Part shown: positions 1 to 10,069 of the stretch, in pieces | How positions within the stretch are numbered: position 1 is the stretch's first letter | Layout of the letters: each line of letters begins with the position of its first letter | Assembly (NCBI GenBank): GCA_049517415.1 | Contig: JBEKSC010000022.1 | Span: 1 to 47,458, forward strand | Origin: Candidatus Bathyarchaeia archaeon | GTDB taxonomy: Archaea > Thermoproteota > Bathyarchaeia > 40CM-2-53-6 | Direction: 5' to 3' | DNA length: 47,458 bases | Position numbers and translations under genes: made by a program | Notes under the pieces: generated by a model | The model's database searches: none | The model's input: only the letters and a program-made list of their open reading frames with translations | What the model was told of the DNA's origin: nothing

Positions 1-202
<202 letters not shown>

Positions 203-340
203 TAGTAAATTCGAGCGGACTGGAAGGCAAACGAAATGTGACTGCGAGCCAAGACGCGATAATGCAGCTTCCGAGGTAACTCAGAAGCGAAGGGTGAAGT
301 GATCATTCACTCCGAAAAGGATGATCATGATGAACACCGT

Positions 341-378
341 GCATAGGCCTCAAACGTCCAGACGAGTGTGGGTTCCAT
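341..378 (+). other. 5' arm of the 23S pre-rRNA BHB processing stem (pairs with 3438-3475)
   Basis: GCATAGGCCTCAAACGTCCA-GACG-agt-GTGGGTTCCAT pairs with ATGGAATCCAC-CGTC-aaa-TGGACGTTCGAGGCCTATGC, giving a 4-bp helix between two 3-nt bulges. Confidence 0.9.
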
Positions 379-384
379 AGTAAG

Positions 385-3300
385 TTTGGCATGATAAGCC
401 ACCTGAAGGATGGCTGGGCTTGGGCACTGAAGAAGGGCGTGGCAAGCTGCGATATGCTCCGGGTAGCCGCATGCAGGCTTCGATCCGGAGATACCCGAAT
501 AGGACTTCCTGCCGCGGATGAAACCTGCGGCGCTCCGACAAGGAGCGGGAACCTCCCGAACGGAAGCATCCAAGTAGGGAGAGGAAGAGAAATCAATTGA
601 GATTCCCCCAGTAGCAGCGAGCGAAGAGGGAACAGCTCAAACTGAACCCGCATGGGAAACTATGTGGGAATGTGGGGTTATAGGGCCCGACCGCGCCCTC
701 GCTCGAGAAGTTGAAGTGGCCTGGAAAGGCCCACCGCAGAGGGTGAAAGTCCCGTAAACGTGATCGAGCAAGGTTTGGGTTGGGATCCCTGAGTACTACG
801 CCCCAGAATGGGCGTAGAAATTTGGGAGGAAACAACTTCCAAAGCTAAACATGCCCCAAGACCGATAGCGCACTAGTACCGTGAGGGAAAGCTGAAAAGT
901 ACCCCGGAAGGGGGGTGAAAAGAGCCTGAAATCAGGTGGTGACAGTTGTGCACAGCCCGAAAGGGTAGATCCCCTCCGAAGGAGACCGCGGCAACGCGGC
1001 AGTACGCAAGAGGGGGGACTAGGGTTGTGCGTTCCGTTTTGTACCACGGACCGGGGAGTTCATTTTCGTGGTGAGGCTAAGAGTGTGATGCTCGAAGCCG
1101 TAGGGAAACCGACAAGTTCGCAACGTCGCAAGACGCGAGGAACGAGATCTGAAAGGGTCTGAAATCACGGGAATGACACTAGAAACCGAGTGATCTAGCC
1201 TTGGGCAGGGCGAAGCCGGGCGAAAGCCCGGTGGAGGCCCGTATGGGTGTTGACGTGCAACTCACTCCGTTGACCTGGGGCTAGGAGTAAAAGGCCAATC
1301 TAACTCGGTGATAGCTAGTTCCCGCCGAAATATCTCTAAGGATAGTCTGGCTGGAGGTTGCCAGCGGGGTAGAGTACTGATTGAAAAACAAGGATTCGAA
1401 AGGGTCCACTTTTCATTCAAACTCCGAATTCGCTGGCGCCGTAGAAGGCCGGAAACGGATGTGGGGGGTAAGCTCCCATGTCGCGAGGGGAACAACCCAG
1501 ACTAGGGTTAAGGTCCCAAAATCCTGGCTAAGTGTAGAAATAGAAAGCGGTCCTCAACCACAGACAGCTGGAAGGTAGGCTTAGAAGCAGCCATCCTCCA
1601 AGCAGTGCGTAACAGCTGACCAGCCGAGGTTGGGGGCGCCGAAAACGAACGGGGCTAAGCCAGGTACCGTTACCCTAGAACACGATGCATAGTCGTGTTG
1701 GTAGGCGGGCGTTGTGGCTGGGCGGAAGCTGGGTTTTGAGATCCAGTGGACCGGCCACAAGTGTAGATCCCGGTGGTAGTAACAGCCATAGAGGGGTGAG
1801 AATCCCCTCCGTCGAAGGGGCAAGGGTTCCCCGGCAATGCGTCGTCAGCCGGGGGTAAGTCGGTCCTAAGGCAACCCTTAACCGGATGAGCCGAAAGGGA
1901 AACCGGTTAAAATTCCGGTACCACGGAGGTACGTGCGGCAACGCAAGTCCGCGATCTGACGCTTGGGGATAAGTTGAGTGGGGCCGTCGCCCCATTTAAC
2001 CTGTCAAGGCCGGGAAGTACCATAATGGTGAGAACCGGCCGAAGCGGGAAATAGCCGCCCGTTTTAGGGTGGTTCAGCCGATTCCTCGAGCCAATGAAAA
2101 GGAGCGCGGAATGGATCCTCCGTGCCCGTACCTAGATCCGACACAGGTGTCCCTAGGTGAGCAGCCTTAGACGTATCGGGTGGAACTTAGGCGAGGGAAC
2201 TCGGCAAATTAGCCCCGTAACTTCGGAAAAAGGGGTGCCTGACGTTTTGGCGCAAGCTGGAACGCTAGGTCGCAGTGACAAGGGGGAGGCGACTGTTTAA
2301 TAAAAACATAGGGAACCGCCAGCCCGAAAGGGTGTGAACGGTTCTTGAGTCCTGGCCAGTGGCGGTACCTGAAACTCGGGTTCAACCGAGCCAAGGGCCG
2401 CTAAACGCCGGGAGTAACTCTGACTCTCTTAAGGTAGCCAAATGCCTTGTCGGGTAAGTTCCGACGTGCATGAATGGATTAACGACCCCCCCGCTGTCCC
2501 CGCCTAGGGCCCGGTGAACCCACAACCTGGACGAACAGTCCAAGGTCTTCCAGCGGGGCGAGAAGTCCCCGTGGAGTTTTACTGCATCCTGTCGCTGGGA
2601 TGTGATTGCGGGTACAGAGTGTAGGTGGGAGCCTTCGAAGTCAACTCTTCGGGGTTGATGGAGGCAACAATGTAACACCACCTATCTGCGATCGCATCTC
2701 TAACTGTACCTTAGTGTACAGGACAACGGCTGGTGGGCAGTTCGGCTGGGGCGGCACCCCCTTGAAAAGATATCAAGGGGGCCCAAAGCTTGGCTCATCC
2801 GGGACAGAAACCCGGAGTAGAGGGCAAGACCAAAAGCCAGGCTGACTGGATGCTCATCAGCAAGGCATCCAGAGGCGAAAGCCGGGTCTAGCGATCATTC
2901 ATGTCCCCATTGTTGGGGGCTGGATGTGACAGAAAAATTACCCCGGGAGTAATTGGCTCGTCTCCTCTGAGAGTCCCCATCGACGAGGAGGATTGGTTCT
3001 CCGCCGTCGTCCCTTCCCATCCTGGGCCCGCAGCAGGGTCCAAGGGCGCGGCTGTTCGCCGATCAAAGGGGAATGCGAGATGGGTTTAGACCGTCGCGAG
3101 ACAGGTCGGCCTCTACCTGCTGGAAGTGCTGGTTGCCTGAGGGGAAGGCGCCCCTAGTACGAGAGGAACGGGGTATCGCAGCCTCTAGTTTACCGGTTGT
3201 CCGACAGGGCACTGCCGGGCAGCCACGCTGTCGAGGATAAGGGCTGAAAGCATCTAAGCCTGAAGCCTCTCCCGAAAATAGGCAGCCATTCTAACCCAAG

Positions 3301-3430
3301 ACACTCGGTAACGGGCGTCAGGGTTGGACGAGGGCTCCCAAAGAAGATGGGTTTGATGGAGCAGGCGTGTACGCACGAAGACTTCGGTCGACGTGTTTAG
3401 CGTGCTGCCCCCAATCGCTCAAGGTGCTGA
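385..3430 (+). rRNA. rrl: 23S rRNA (ends approximate)
   Basis: Conserved LSU motifs (GATAGCTAGTTCCCGCCGAAA, CTCTTAAGGTAGCCAAATGCC, sarcin-ricin loop AGTACGAGAGGAAC at about 3156-3169). Bounded by a processing stem. Confidence 0.97.
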
Positions 3431-3437
3431 ACTGAAA

Positions 3438-3475
3438 ATGGAATCCACCGTCAAATGGACGTTCGAGGCCTATGC
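3438..3475 (+). other. 3' arm of the 23S pre-rRNA BHB processing stem
   Basis: Reverse-complementary to 341-378, with an AAA bulge at 3453-3455. Confidence 0.9.
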
Positions 3476-3770
3476 ACAGTGCGAACCATTTTTTCTCATT
3501 TAGCCAAGACCCAGTGAAGAAACGGAAAACCGATCGTGCCACACAAAACCTTATGACTTATCCTCCCTGAACCACGCCAATCCTTAGCGCGTCAACCTCC
3601 GTTGAGCCCGATTCCCAGAGCCACTTCGAAAATTCCGAGCAGCGGGACGGTATTTTTCCAAGGACGGAACCAGTCTTAGTTTTGTATTTAGAATATGTAA
3701 AACATTTGCCCAGCACCTATATGGAAACTGTGCGGCGCAGCGAGGTATATACCTTGTTGGGCGATGCAAT

Positions 3771-4619
3771 ATGGCGAGAAACGCGACAATAGCGCTGATT
3801 TTGATCTTTGCCGTAATCGGTTTTGTTGTAGCTTCCGGAATGCCTGTTTGGAGCAGCGAGACCGGTACGAAAGATATTACTCAAGTTGGGCAACTCCAAT
3901 TGAAACAGCAGCCTCCCTCGGCAGCTACTGGTAGCAACAGCACACCCTATATGGTAACGTTGCTTGAAACGATGGGTAATGAATGGAACTCAACCGCTCC
4001 GGAATCGCAACCTAAGTTCTTCGTAGCGGGACCCACAGGCTTAGAGTCCTCAGCGAATATTTCTCTGCCATCCCACAGATTGATAGAGATGGTCATAATT
4101 TCCTACGATACGCCTACGCCACCGCCCGCGCAGTACTCGAATATCACAGGGACAGTTGGGGGTAAAATGTATCTTATCAACGGCACAAGCGCGTCCATGA
4201 GCACACCCGAGTCATGGGGAGCGGGGGTCTCATCTGTGCCTACGGCCCAAATAGCTCATACCTTCACTGTGCAGTCCCTGGGCATCAACATACCAATCGT
4301 TGGAGGCGATACAGAGATAGCGTTTCTGTACTTCAACGAAACTGGAATGTTCACGTGGCAGTGCTACACGCCATGCGGCTTTGCCAACGTTAACGGCGGG
4401 TGGTCGGGTGCAATGGTCACTCCGGGCTGGATGATGGGAACAATCGCCGTCCTGCCTCCGGCGAGCACACCCACCCAGTCATCCATAACAGTAACGACCG
4501 TCAGCGGAACCAGCCTCGAAACAACAGCCATGGTAAGCTTCGGCATGGTAATAGTGGGCTTCTTAGCGGGACTAATAGTTCTAAGCCGGTTTGCTTTCCC
4601 AAAGAAGAAGGAAAGCTGA
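3771..4619 (+). CDS. Membrane-anchored cupredoxin-like copper protein (COX2/sulfocyanin-like domain)
   Basis: N-terminal signal/TM segment; AHTF...FTWQCYTPCG...GAM...WMMG; Ser/Thr linker; C-terminal TM. Lies upstream of Rieske and cytochrome b genes. Confidence 0.65.
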   Translation: MARNATIALILIFAVIGFVVASGMPVWSSETGTKDITQVGQLQLKQQPPSAATGSNSTPYMVTLLETMGNEWNSTAPESQPKFFVAGPTGLESSANISLPSHRLIEMVIISYDTPTPPPAQYSNITGTVGGKMYLINGTSASMSTPESWGAGVSSVPTAQIAHTFTVQSLGINIPIVGGDTEIAFLYFNETGMFTWQCYTPCGFANVNGGWSGAMVTPGWMMGTIAVLPPASTPTQSSITVTTVSGTSLETTAMVSFGMVIVGFLAGLIVLSRFAFPKKKES

Positions 4620-4624
4620 ATTGC

Positions 4625-5296
4625 ATGACACGCAGGGACGAGTCACGCAGGCCTGAAGGAAGAAGGAATTTCCTCAAGATACTTCTGGCGGCTGGCTGGG
4701 TTTCAACGATCGCTGCGACAGCCAGCATATTCCGCTTCCTATCATACATACCCCCCGCAAACCCAACGGAAACAACCACTCAACTTTCGTGGCCTAGGAT
4801 CAAACTGGCCAACATCAGTTCACTGGAAACACTGAAGCCTCTCAGCTTCAACTATCCATTGGTGAACACCCCGAACGTGCTTGTGAAGCTAGGCATCAAA
4901 GCCGAAAACGGGGCTGGGCCAGACGGCGATATTGTCGCTTACAGTATCATCTGCCAACACCTTGGCTGCTATTTCGCGTTTCAACCACCCGGCGCATCTC
5001 CACCATGCAATTCATCGTTCAAGGCGTCTTTGCCAGAGGGCTACTGCTGCTGTCACGGCGGTCAATACGATTTCACACAGAACGCGAACGTGATTGGTGG
5101 TCCTCCGCCAAGGCCAGTTCCAGCTGTGCAACTCGAATTTGATTCCGCAACTGGGGATATCTATGCTGTAGGCATGGGGCCGCCGACAATATTCGGACAT
5201 GGCCCGCCAGGAACGACCGATCTAGGCTCAGTCCTCAATTTCGATCTTCAAGGTGGAGAAGTTGTGACTCAGGAAACGGCGCTCTCGGGGTCGTAG
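4625..5296 (+). CDS. Rieske [2Fe-2S] protein with Tat signal (SoxL/PetC-like)
   Basis: RRNFLK Tat motif; CQHLGC and CCCHGGQY boxes; GPPPRP. Start placed at ATG 4625, just after the upstream stop. Confidence 0.92.
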   Translation: MTRRDESRRPEGRRNFLKILLAAGWVSTIAATASIFRFLSYIPPANPTETTTQLSWPRIKLANISSLETLKPLSFNYPLVNTPNVLVKLGIKAENGAGPDGDIVAYSIICQHLGCYFAFQPPGASPPCNSSFKASLPEGYCCCHGGQYDFTQNANVIGGPPPRPVPAVQLEFDSATGDIYAVGMGPPTIFGHGPPGTTDLGSVLNFDLQGGEVVTQETALSGS

Positions 5297-5298
5297 AG

Positions 5299-6717
5299 AT
5301 GCCAAAAGTGAGTCGAGTTCAGAAGTTAGCTGAATGGATTGACTCACGGGTAGGCCTCACAACCACGATGCTGAGGCCGGGCCCAGATTACAGTCTGAAT
5401 CTATTCTATTGGCTTGGCGCACTCATGGTGATGGTTTTCATCCTTCAAGGGATAACTGGGCTTCTGATGCTTCTCCACTACACACCCACCGTAAGTCAAG
5501 CTTACGCGTCTACGCTTTTCATCATCAATTTTGTCCCTCTGGGTAATGTAATTGAGACAATTCATCTCTACTCTGCTTACTCGATGATACTGCTAGCGTT
5601 CATGCACCTGATGCGCGGCTATTTTGTTAGCGCGCAAAAGAGACCTCGGGAGTTAATGTGGGTCGTCGGAATGCTCATGGGACTTGTCGTCTTAGGATTC
5701 GGTTTGACGGGTTATCTTCTACCTTGGACTGTTGTCTCAAAATCGGCTACTGATGTCACCATCGGCATGCTCAGCTTCCTACCCGGACAATTGGGGCCCA
5801 CAATGAAGTTCCTTATAGCAGGTCCGGGAAGCGACGCAGAAGAACTCGCACGATTCTTCGACCTCCATATCGTAGTTCTTCCAGCCGTGTTCGTCGTTCT
5901 TCTCGTCTTCAAAATGTACATGTTCGAGATCCATGGCGCCGCAGAACCTGCGACACGAGTAAAGGGCAACGTGCGCAACATTCCCTGGTTCCCCGATATT
6001 TTCCTCTACTTTTCAATGATTAGCGGAGTATTTCTGGCATTCCTCATAGCGATCTCCGCAATCTTTCCGATTTCACTGCCACCACAATTCACACCTGAAG
6101 CCGCAGCCCTATCCACTCCGCAACCCGAATGGTACTTCCTGTGGATGTACCAGATTCTGAAATTCTCCGTCTTTGAAGGCGCATGGATCGCTGTCGCGCT
6201 AGTGGCAATCACCGTATTGCTCGCAGTCGTGATACTCATTCCGTTTTTCGACACTGGTAAGGAAAGAAACCCAGCTAGGAGACCGATCTACACAACATTG
6301 GGAGTGATAATGGTCGTCGAAGTAGTGGTGCTAACTGTATGGGGTTACCTAACACCAGGCCAAGTGATCCCTGACTCCGATGCCGCAGTAATAGTCGCGG
6401 GAATCGCCATAGTCATATCAGTTCTCTCGAGGCTCACTTACAGAACGAGAAATCAAGTGCAATTGAGACTGACGCATGGTGGTTCGATTTTCCGATTCAT
6501 GAACACCCCATTTCGTTACCCGATCCTGACAGGGGGCTTCGTTCTATTGCTCGCAGTTTCCTCGGCAACCTTAGCGACATCAGTGAATCTTCTTTCATCA
6601 CCATGGCCGAATCTGTCACCTCTGGCTGCAAACCTATCAGTTGCTCTACTTTCAGTGTATTTCATGGGCGCGTTCGTGAAGAAACTCGCACTCAACCGGA
6701 CGATACAGAGGGGCTGA
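5299..6717 (+). CDS. petB: Cytochrome b (fused b6 + subunit IV) of a Rieske/cytb complex
   Basis: Heme ligands in IHLYSA...MHLMR and LHIV; GYLLPW; PEWY Qo motif. Confidence 0.93.
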   Translation: MPKVSRVQKLAEWIDSRVGLTTTMLRPGPDYSLNLFYWLGALMVMVFILQGITGLLMLLHYTPTVSQAYASTLFIINFVPLGNVIETIHLYSAYSMILLAFMHLMRGYFVSAQKRPRELMWVVGMLMGLVVLGFGLTGYLLPWTVVSKSATDVTIGMLSFLPGQLGPTMKFLIAGPGSDAEELARFFDLHIVVLPAVFVVLLVFKMYMFEIHGAAEPATRVKGNVRNIPWFPDIFLYFSMISGVFLAFLIAISAIFPISLPPQFTPEAAALSTPQPEWYFLWMYQILKFSVFEGAWIAVALVAITVLLAVVILIPFFDTGKERNPARRPIYTTLGVIMVVEVVVLTVWGYLTPGQVIPDSDAAVIVAGIAIVISVLSRLTYRTRNQVQLRLTHGGSIFRFMNTPFRYPILTGGFVLLLAVSSATLATSVNLLSSPWPNLSPLAANLSVALLSVYFMGAFVKKLALNRTIQRG

Positions 6718-6720
6718 CCA

Positions 6721-6981
6721 TTGAGATTGCAGGAGGAAGGAGTCAGGATTCTGATTGAAGCGGCGCTGGTCTGTTTCCTCGCCGTGTTCGCTGTCCACAT
6801 GTGGTTCATCGACCTGCTTACACAGCAGAGAGAGTTCGGTGCTCTTCTTGCAGCTGAACTGATGGCCTTCTCAATGCTCGTCTACTTGTCCACAAAATCG
6901 GACTTAGGAGAGGTCAAGAAATCGTGGCTCTTAGGGGGTTGCGTGGGTCTTGCGGTGTTTCTGGCCCTAGCGCTTCTCTGA
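6721..6981 (+). CDS. Small 3-TM membrane protein, possible accessory subunit of the complex
   Basis: Hydrophobic 86-aa ORF starting 3 nt after the cytb stop. Confidence 0.65.
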   Translation: MRLQEEGVRILIEAALVCFLAVFAVHMWFIDLLTQQREFGALLAAELMAFSMLVYLSTKSDLGEVKKSWLLGGCVGLAVFLALALL

Positions 6982-7093
6982 CTTACAGGCTGGCAATAAT
7001 CAGACCAAGTAAAGGTATACTGAGGCAGTTGTTCAGAGAAAGATGCATATCAAAATAAAGAAGAATTCACTTAGACAGAGGTGATGTCAGAGT

Positions 7094-7549
7094 ATGTCAG
7101 CAGAAGAGAAACCTACGGTTGCTTTCGTCCTCTCACTGATTGGAGGCATATTCGTTCTGTTGGGGGGAGGAATGCTGACCATGATGGGGCCATTCGGCTA
7201 TGGCGGGATGATGAATGGCTACTCACCGTATGGCGGATACGGTGGATATGGATGGGGTATGATGGGTCGATACTCGTATGGCCCCGGGTTCGGAATGATG
7301 GGAGGGTACGGGTTCGGCGGAATATTCGGCCTTGCCGGCATACTGTTCGGAATAGCGGTGATGGTCAGCAGCCTAATGCTCTACAACAACCCAATTGATC
7401 ACTCGAAATGGGGGCTGCTAATCCTAATCTTCTCTGTCCTGAGCATATTTGGCAGTGCGATGGCAGGCTTCGGAGTAGGCTTGATCCTCGGAGTTCTCGG
7501 CGGAATACTCGCTTTGACTTGGAAGCCACCAACCAGACCGAAAGTGTAA
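7094..7549 (+). CDS. Gly/Met/Tyr-rich membrane protein
   Basis: GAGGTGA SD upstream; TM segments flank a GGYG/GMM low-complexity loop; C-terminal GLILGVLGGILAL. Confidence 0.8.
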   Translation: MSAEEKPTVAFVLSLIGGIFVLLGGGMLTMMGPFGYGGMMNGYSPYGGYGGYGWGMMGRYSYGPGFGMMGGYGFGGIFGLAGILFGIAVMVSSLMLYNNPIDHSKWGLLILIFSVLSIFGSAMAGFGVGLILGVLGGILALTWKPPTRPKV

Positions 7550-7658
7550 CTTCGAATCTCAGAATTTCAAGAAACGTTTGTATCCCATTCTGGTGCTTCC
7601 TTCTGCCACTTTCTTGCTGCGATTTTCTACCTAATACGCCGACGAATGATCAAGAATT

Positions 7659-7751
7659 TGGTGGGCCTGGCCGGATTCGAACCGGCGACCCCACGATTTC
7701 TGAGATGCATCCTATCAGTCGTGTGCTCCAGCCAAGCTGAGCTACAGGCCC
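7659..7751 (-). tRNA. tRNA-Ile(GAU) with a 15-nt intron at 37/38 (7698-7712); CCA encoded
   Basis: Cloverleaf GGGCCUG...CAGGCCC-A-CCA; anticodon stem CACGA/UCGUG; BHB helix CUGA/UCAG. Confidence 0.95.
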
Positions 7752-8042
7752 TGCCGTGCCGTGTTCGAGTCTTTTGTTTTAAGGATTTGTTCGACCTTTA
7801 CCTCGCGTGGAGTGCAGTTGTGAACTACTTTTCGCAGAGTTCGCCGGATTTGGCCAGTTGAAGAAGCCGCGAAGGCAAGTCATGACTTATGCAACAATGG
7901 GCTGATTGTCATTGCGTAATCCACGATCGCGCCTCGGGAGGTCAGTTCGTGGCCTATCGTATAGTTCACTCTATACAATCCATACGCCACTATAATTAGC
8001 ATATACTTACAGGTTGGCGGTATCAATTGGAGTCTGAAACTA

Positions 8043-8597
8043 GTGCATGAAGTTAGATTTCACGGCAGAGCAGGTCAAGGTATCCTGACTGCCAGCCGCT
8101 TGGTCGCACAGGCCGCAATTCTAGACGGGAAATACGCACAGGCCTTCCCTGACTTTGGCCCAGAAAGATTGGGATCGCCCGTAGCAGCATTCGCCCGCAT
8201 AGATGACCAACCTATCGAAATCAGGAGCCAAATCTACACACCGACCGCCGTCGCCGTCTTCGAAAAAAGCTTACTGGCCACGGTACCTGTAACACGAGGC
8301 CTCATACAAAAGGGGAATTTCGTCGTAAACTCGACAGATTCAGAGGCTTCCGTTGTCAAGAAGATGAGTGATGAGTCTAAGGCCTCCGCTTTCGTTGTCG
8401 ACGCTTCTAGGATCGCAAGGGAGCTAGTCGGCACCCCGACCGTGAGCACAATCATGCTTGGGGCATTGGCGAGCGCGTCAGGGTGTATAGGCATTGAAGC
8501 TTTGGAGGCCGCTGTGAAACAGAGGTTCCATGGCGATTCGGGAGAAGTTAACGCGAAGATGGTTAGGATGGGTTTCAAAGAGGTCAAACAAATTTGA
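8043..8597 (+). CDS. porC: Pyruvate/2-oxoacid:ferredoxin oxidoreductase gamma subunit
   Basis: EVRFHGRAGQG; FGPERLGSPV. Confidence 0.92.
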   Translation: MHEVRFHGRAGQGILTASRLVAQAAILDGKYAQAFPDFGPERLGSPVAAFARIDDQPIEIRSQIYTPTAVAVFEKSLLATVPVTRGLIQKGNFVVNSTDSEASVVKKMSDESKASAFVVDASRIARELVGTPTVSTIMLGALASASGCIGIEALEAAVKQRFHGDSGEVNAKMVRMGFKEVKQI

Positions 8598-8875
8598 AGA
8601 CGGCGACAAAGCCAGGATGGCGCACGATGGTTCGCGGCGCTGTAATCGTCGAACCTGGTTCAGCGAGAGAATTCAGGACCGGCGACTGGAAGACCAAGAA
8701 ACCTGTTTTGAATGAGGCGAAGTGTACCAACTGCCTCTTTTGTTGGATTTGGTGCCCCGAGCCAGCAGTCTCGCGCGGGCCGAAAGCAATCTCCTTCGAC
8801 TACAACTATTGCAAGGGTTGCGGCATATGCGCAGTTGAATGCCCAGTGAAAGCAATCACGATGGAGGAAGCATGA
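8594..8875 (+). CDS. porD: 2-oxoacid:ferredoxin oxidoreductase delta subunit (2x[4Fe-4S])
   Basis: TGDWK; CTNCLFCWIWCP; YCKGCGICAVECP. Confidence 0.93.
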   Translation: MKTATKPGWRTMVRGAVIVEPGSAREFRTGDWKTKKPVLNEAKCTNCLFCWIWCPEPAVSRGPKAISFDYNYCKGCGICAVECPVKAITMEEA

Positions 8876-8878
8876 ACG

Positions 8879-10069
8879 ATGCAAAATACGCAAAAGACCC
8901 AACTGGTTCCGATGAGCGGTTCGGAAGCAATTGCCAAAGCAGTGATCCAGTCAAACGTGGATTTCATCTCTGCCTACCCGATCACACCACAGACAATAAT
9001 CGTCGAACGCCTCGCCGATCTAGTAGCGAGCGGTGAGACCAAAGCAAAGTTCGTGAATGTCGAATCAGAGCACTCAGCCCTCTCAGCGTGCGTTGGGGCA
9101 AGCCTGGCTGGTGGACGCGTCTTTACCGCAACCTCAAGCCAAGGATTAGCTTTGATGCATGAAGTCCTCTACCTCACGTCTGGTCTCAGATGCCCAATCG
9201 TAACGGCGGTCGCGAACCGAGCACTCTCTGCTCCGATCAACATTCACGGCGATCACTCCGACATGATGGGATCAAGAGATTCCGGATGGATACAACTCTA
9301 CGTTGAAAACGCACAGGAAGGATACGATTGGGTGATGCAAGCCTACAGGATCGCAGAGGACGAACGTGTTGCGCTACCTTTTACAGTAAACATGGACGGT
9401 TACGTGATAACACATTCAGTTGAACCCTTAGCGCTAATCGATCAAACCGACGCGAACCAGTTTCTACCCCCGAGACAATCCCTCATAAAGCTCGACGTGC
9501 AGAAACCAATGACGTTCGGGACGCTAACACTGCCTGACTACTATTCTGAGTTCAAGAAGCAACAAGACGAAGCGATGCGAGCCGTGCCGGAAGTCTTCGG
9601 TGAAGTGACGCGGGAATTTGCTAAACTAACAAACCGCGCCTACGATCAACTTACTCCTTACGCTCTGGAAGATGCGAAGGTCGCGATTGTTTCCCTAGGT
9701 AGTGCCTCGGGAACAGTGAGGTGGGTTGTACGGAACCTGCGAAAACAAGGACTACCCGTGGGCGCTTTGAAAATTGCGCTGTACAGGCCCTTCCCGCATG
9801 AGCAGGTAGGAGAACTCCTCGAGCATCTCGACGTCGTAATAGTCTTGGAACGTGCCCTTAGCCTAGGCGCGCATTGCGGGCCACTCGGGAACGACGTAGT
9901 CTGCTCCTTATACAACCGTTCAGGTCAACCAAAAATCTTGGACATTGTCGCTGGTTTGGGAGGACGCGACCTCTCGCCTGATAGCATCGAGCAGATCTTC
10001 AGGACCGGACTGGAAGCCACGTCAAGGCCTACGGGCTTAGAGATGGAGTTTGCGGGGGTGCGAGAGTAG
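8879..10069 (+). CDS. porA: 2-oxoacid:ferredoxin oxidoreductase alpha subunit
   Basis: AYPITPQT; VESEHSA; TATSSQGL. Confidence 0.94.
   Translation: MQNTQKTQLVPMSGSEAIAKAVIQSNVDFISAYPITPQTIIVERLADLVASGETKAKFVNVESEHSALSACVGASLAGGRVFTATSSQGLALMHEVLYLTSGLRCPIVTAVANRALSAPINIHGDHSDMMGSRDSGWIQLYVENAQEGYDWVMQAYRIAEDERVALPFTVNMDGYVITHSVEPLALIDQTDANQFLPPRQSLIKLDVQKPMTFGTLTLPDYYSEFKKQQDEAMRAVPEVFGEVTREFAKLTNRAYDQLTPYALEDAKVAIVSLGSASGTVRWVVRNLRKQGLPVGALKIALYRPFPHEQVGELLEHLDVVIVLERALSLGAHCGPLGNDVVCSLYNRSGQPKILDIVAGLGGRDLSPDSIEQIFRTGLEATSRPTGLEMEFAGVRE

Noticed and set aside
303..3542. Numerous 60-116 aa ORFs on both strands
   Set aside because: They lie within the 23S rRNA and its spacers, so they are spurious.
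4400..4624. 75-aa N-terminal extension of the Rieske ORF
   Set aside because: It overlaps the upstream gene in another frame; the Tat motif indicates a start at 4625.
7646..7861. 71-aa ORF (and 7408-7740)
   Set aside because: Antisense to tRNA-Ile, with no protein features.
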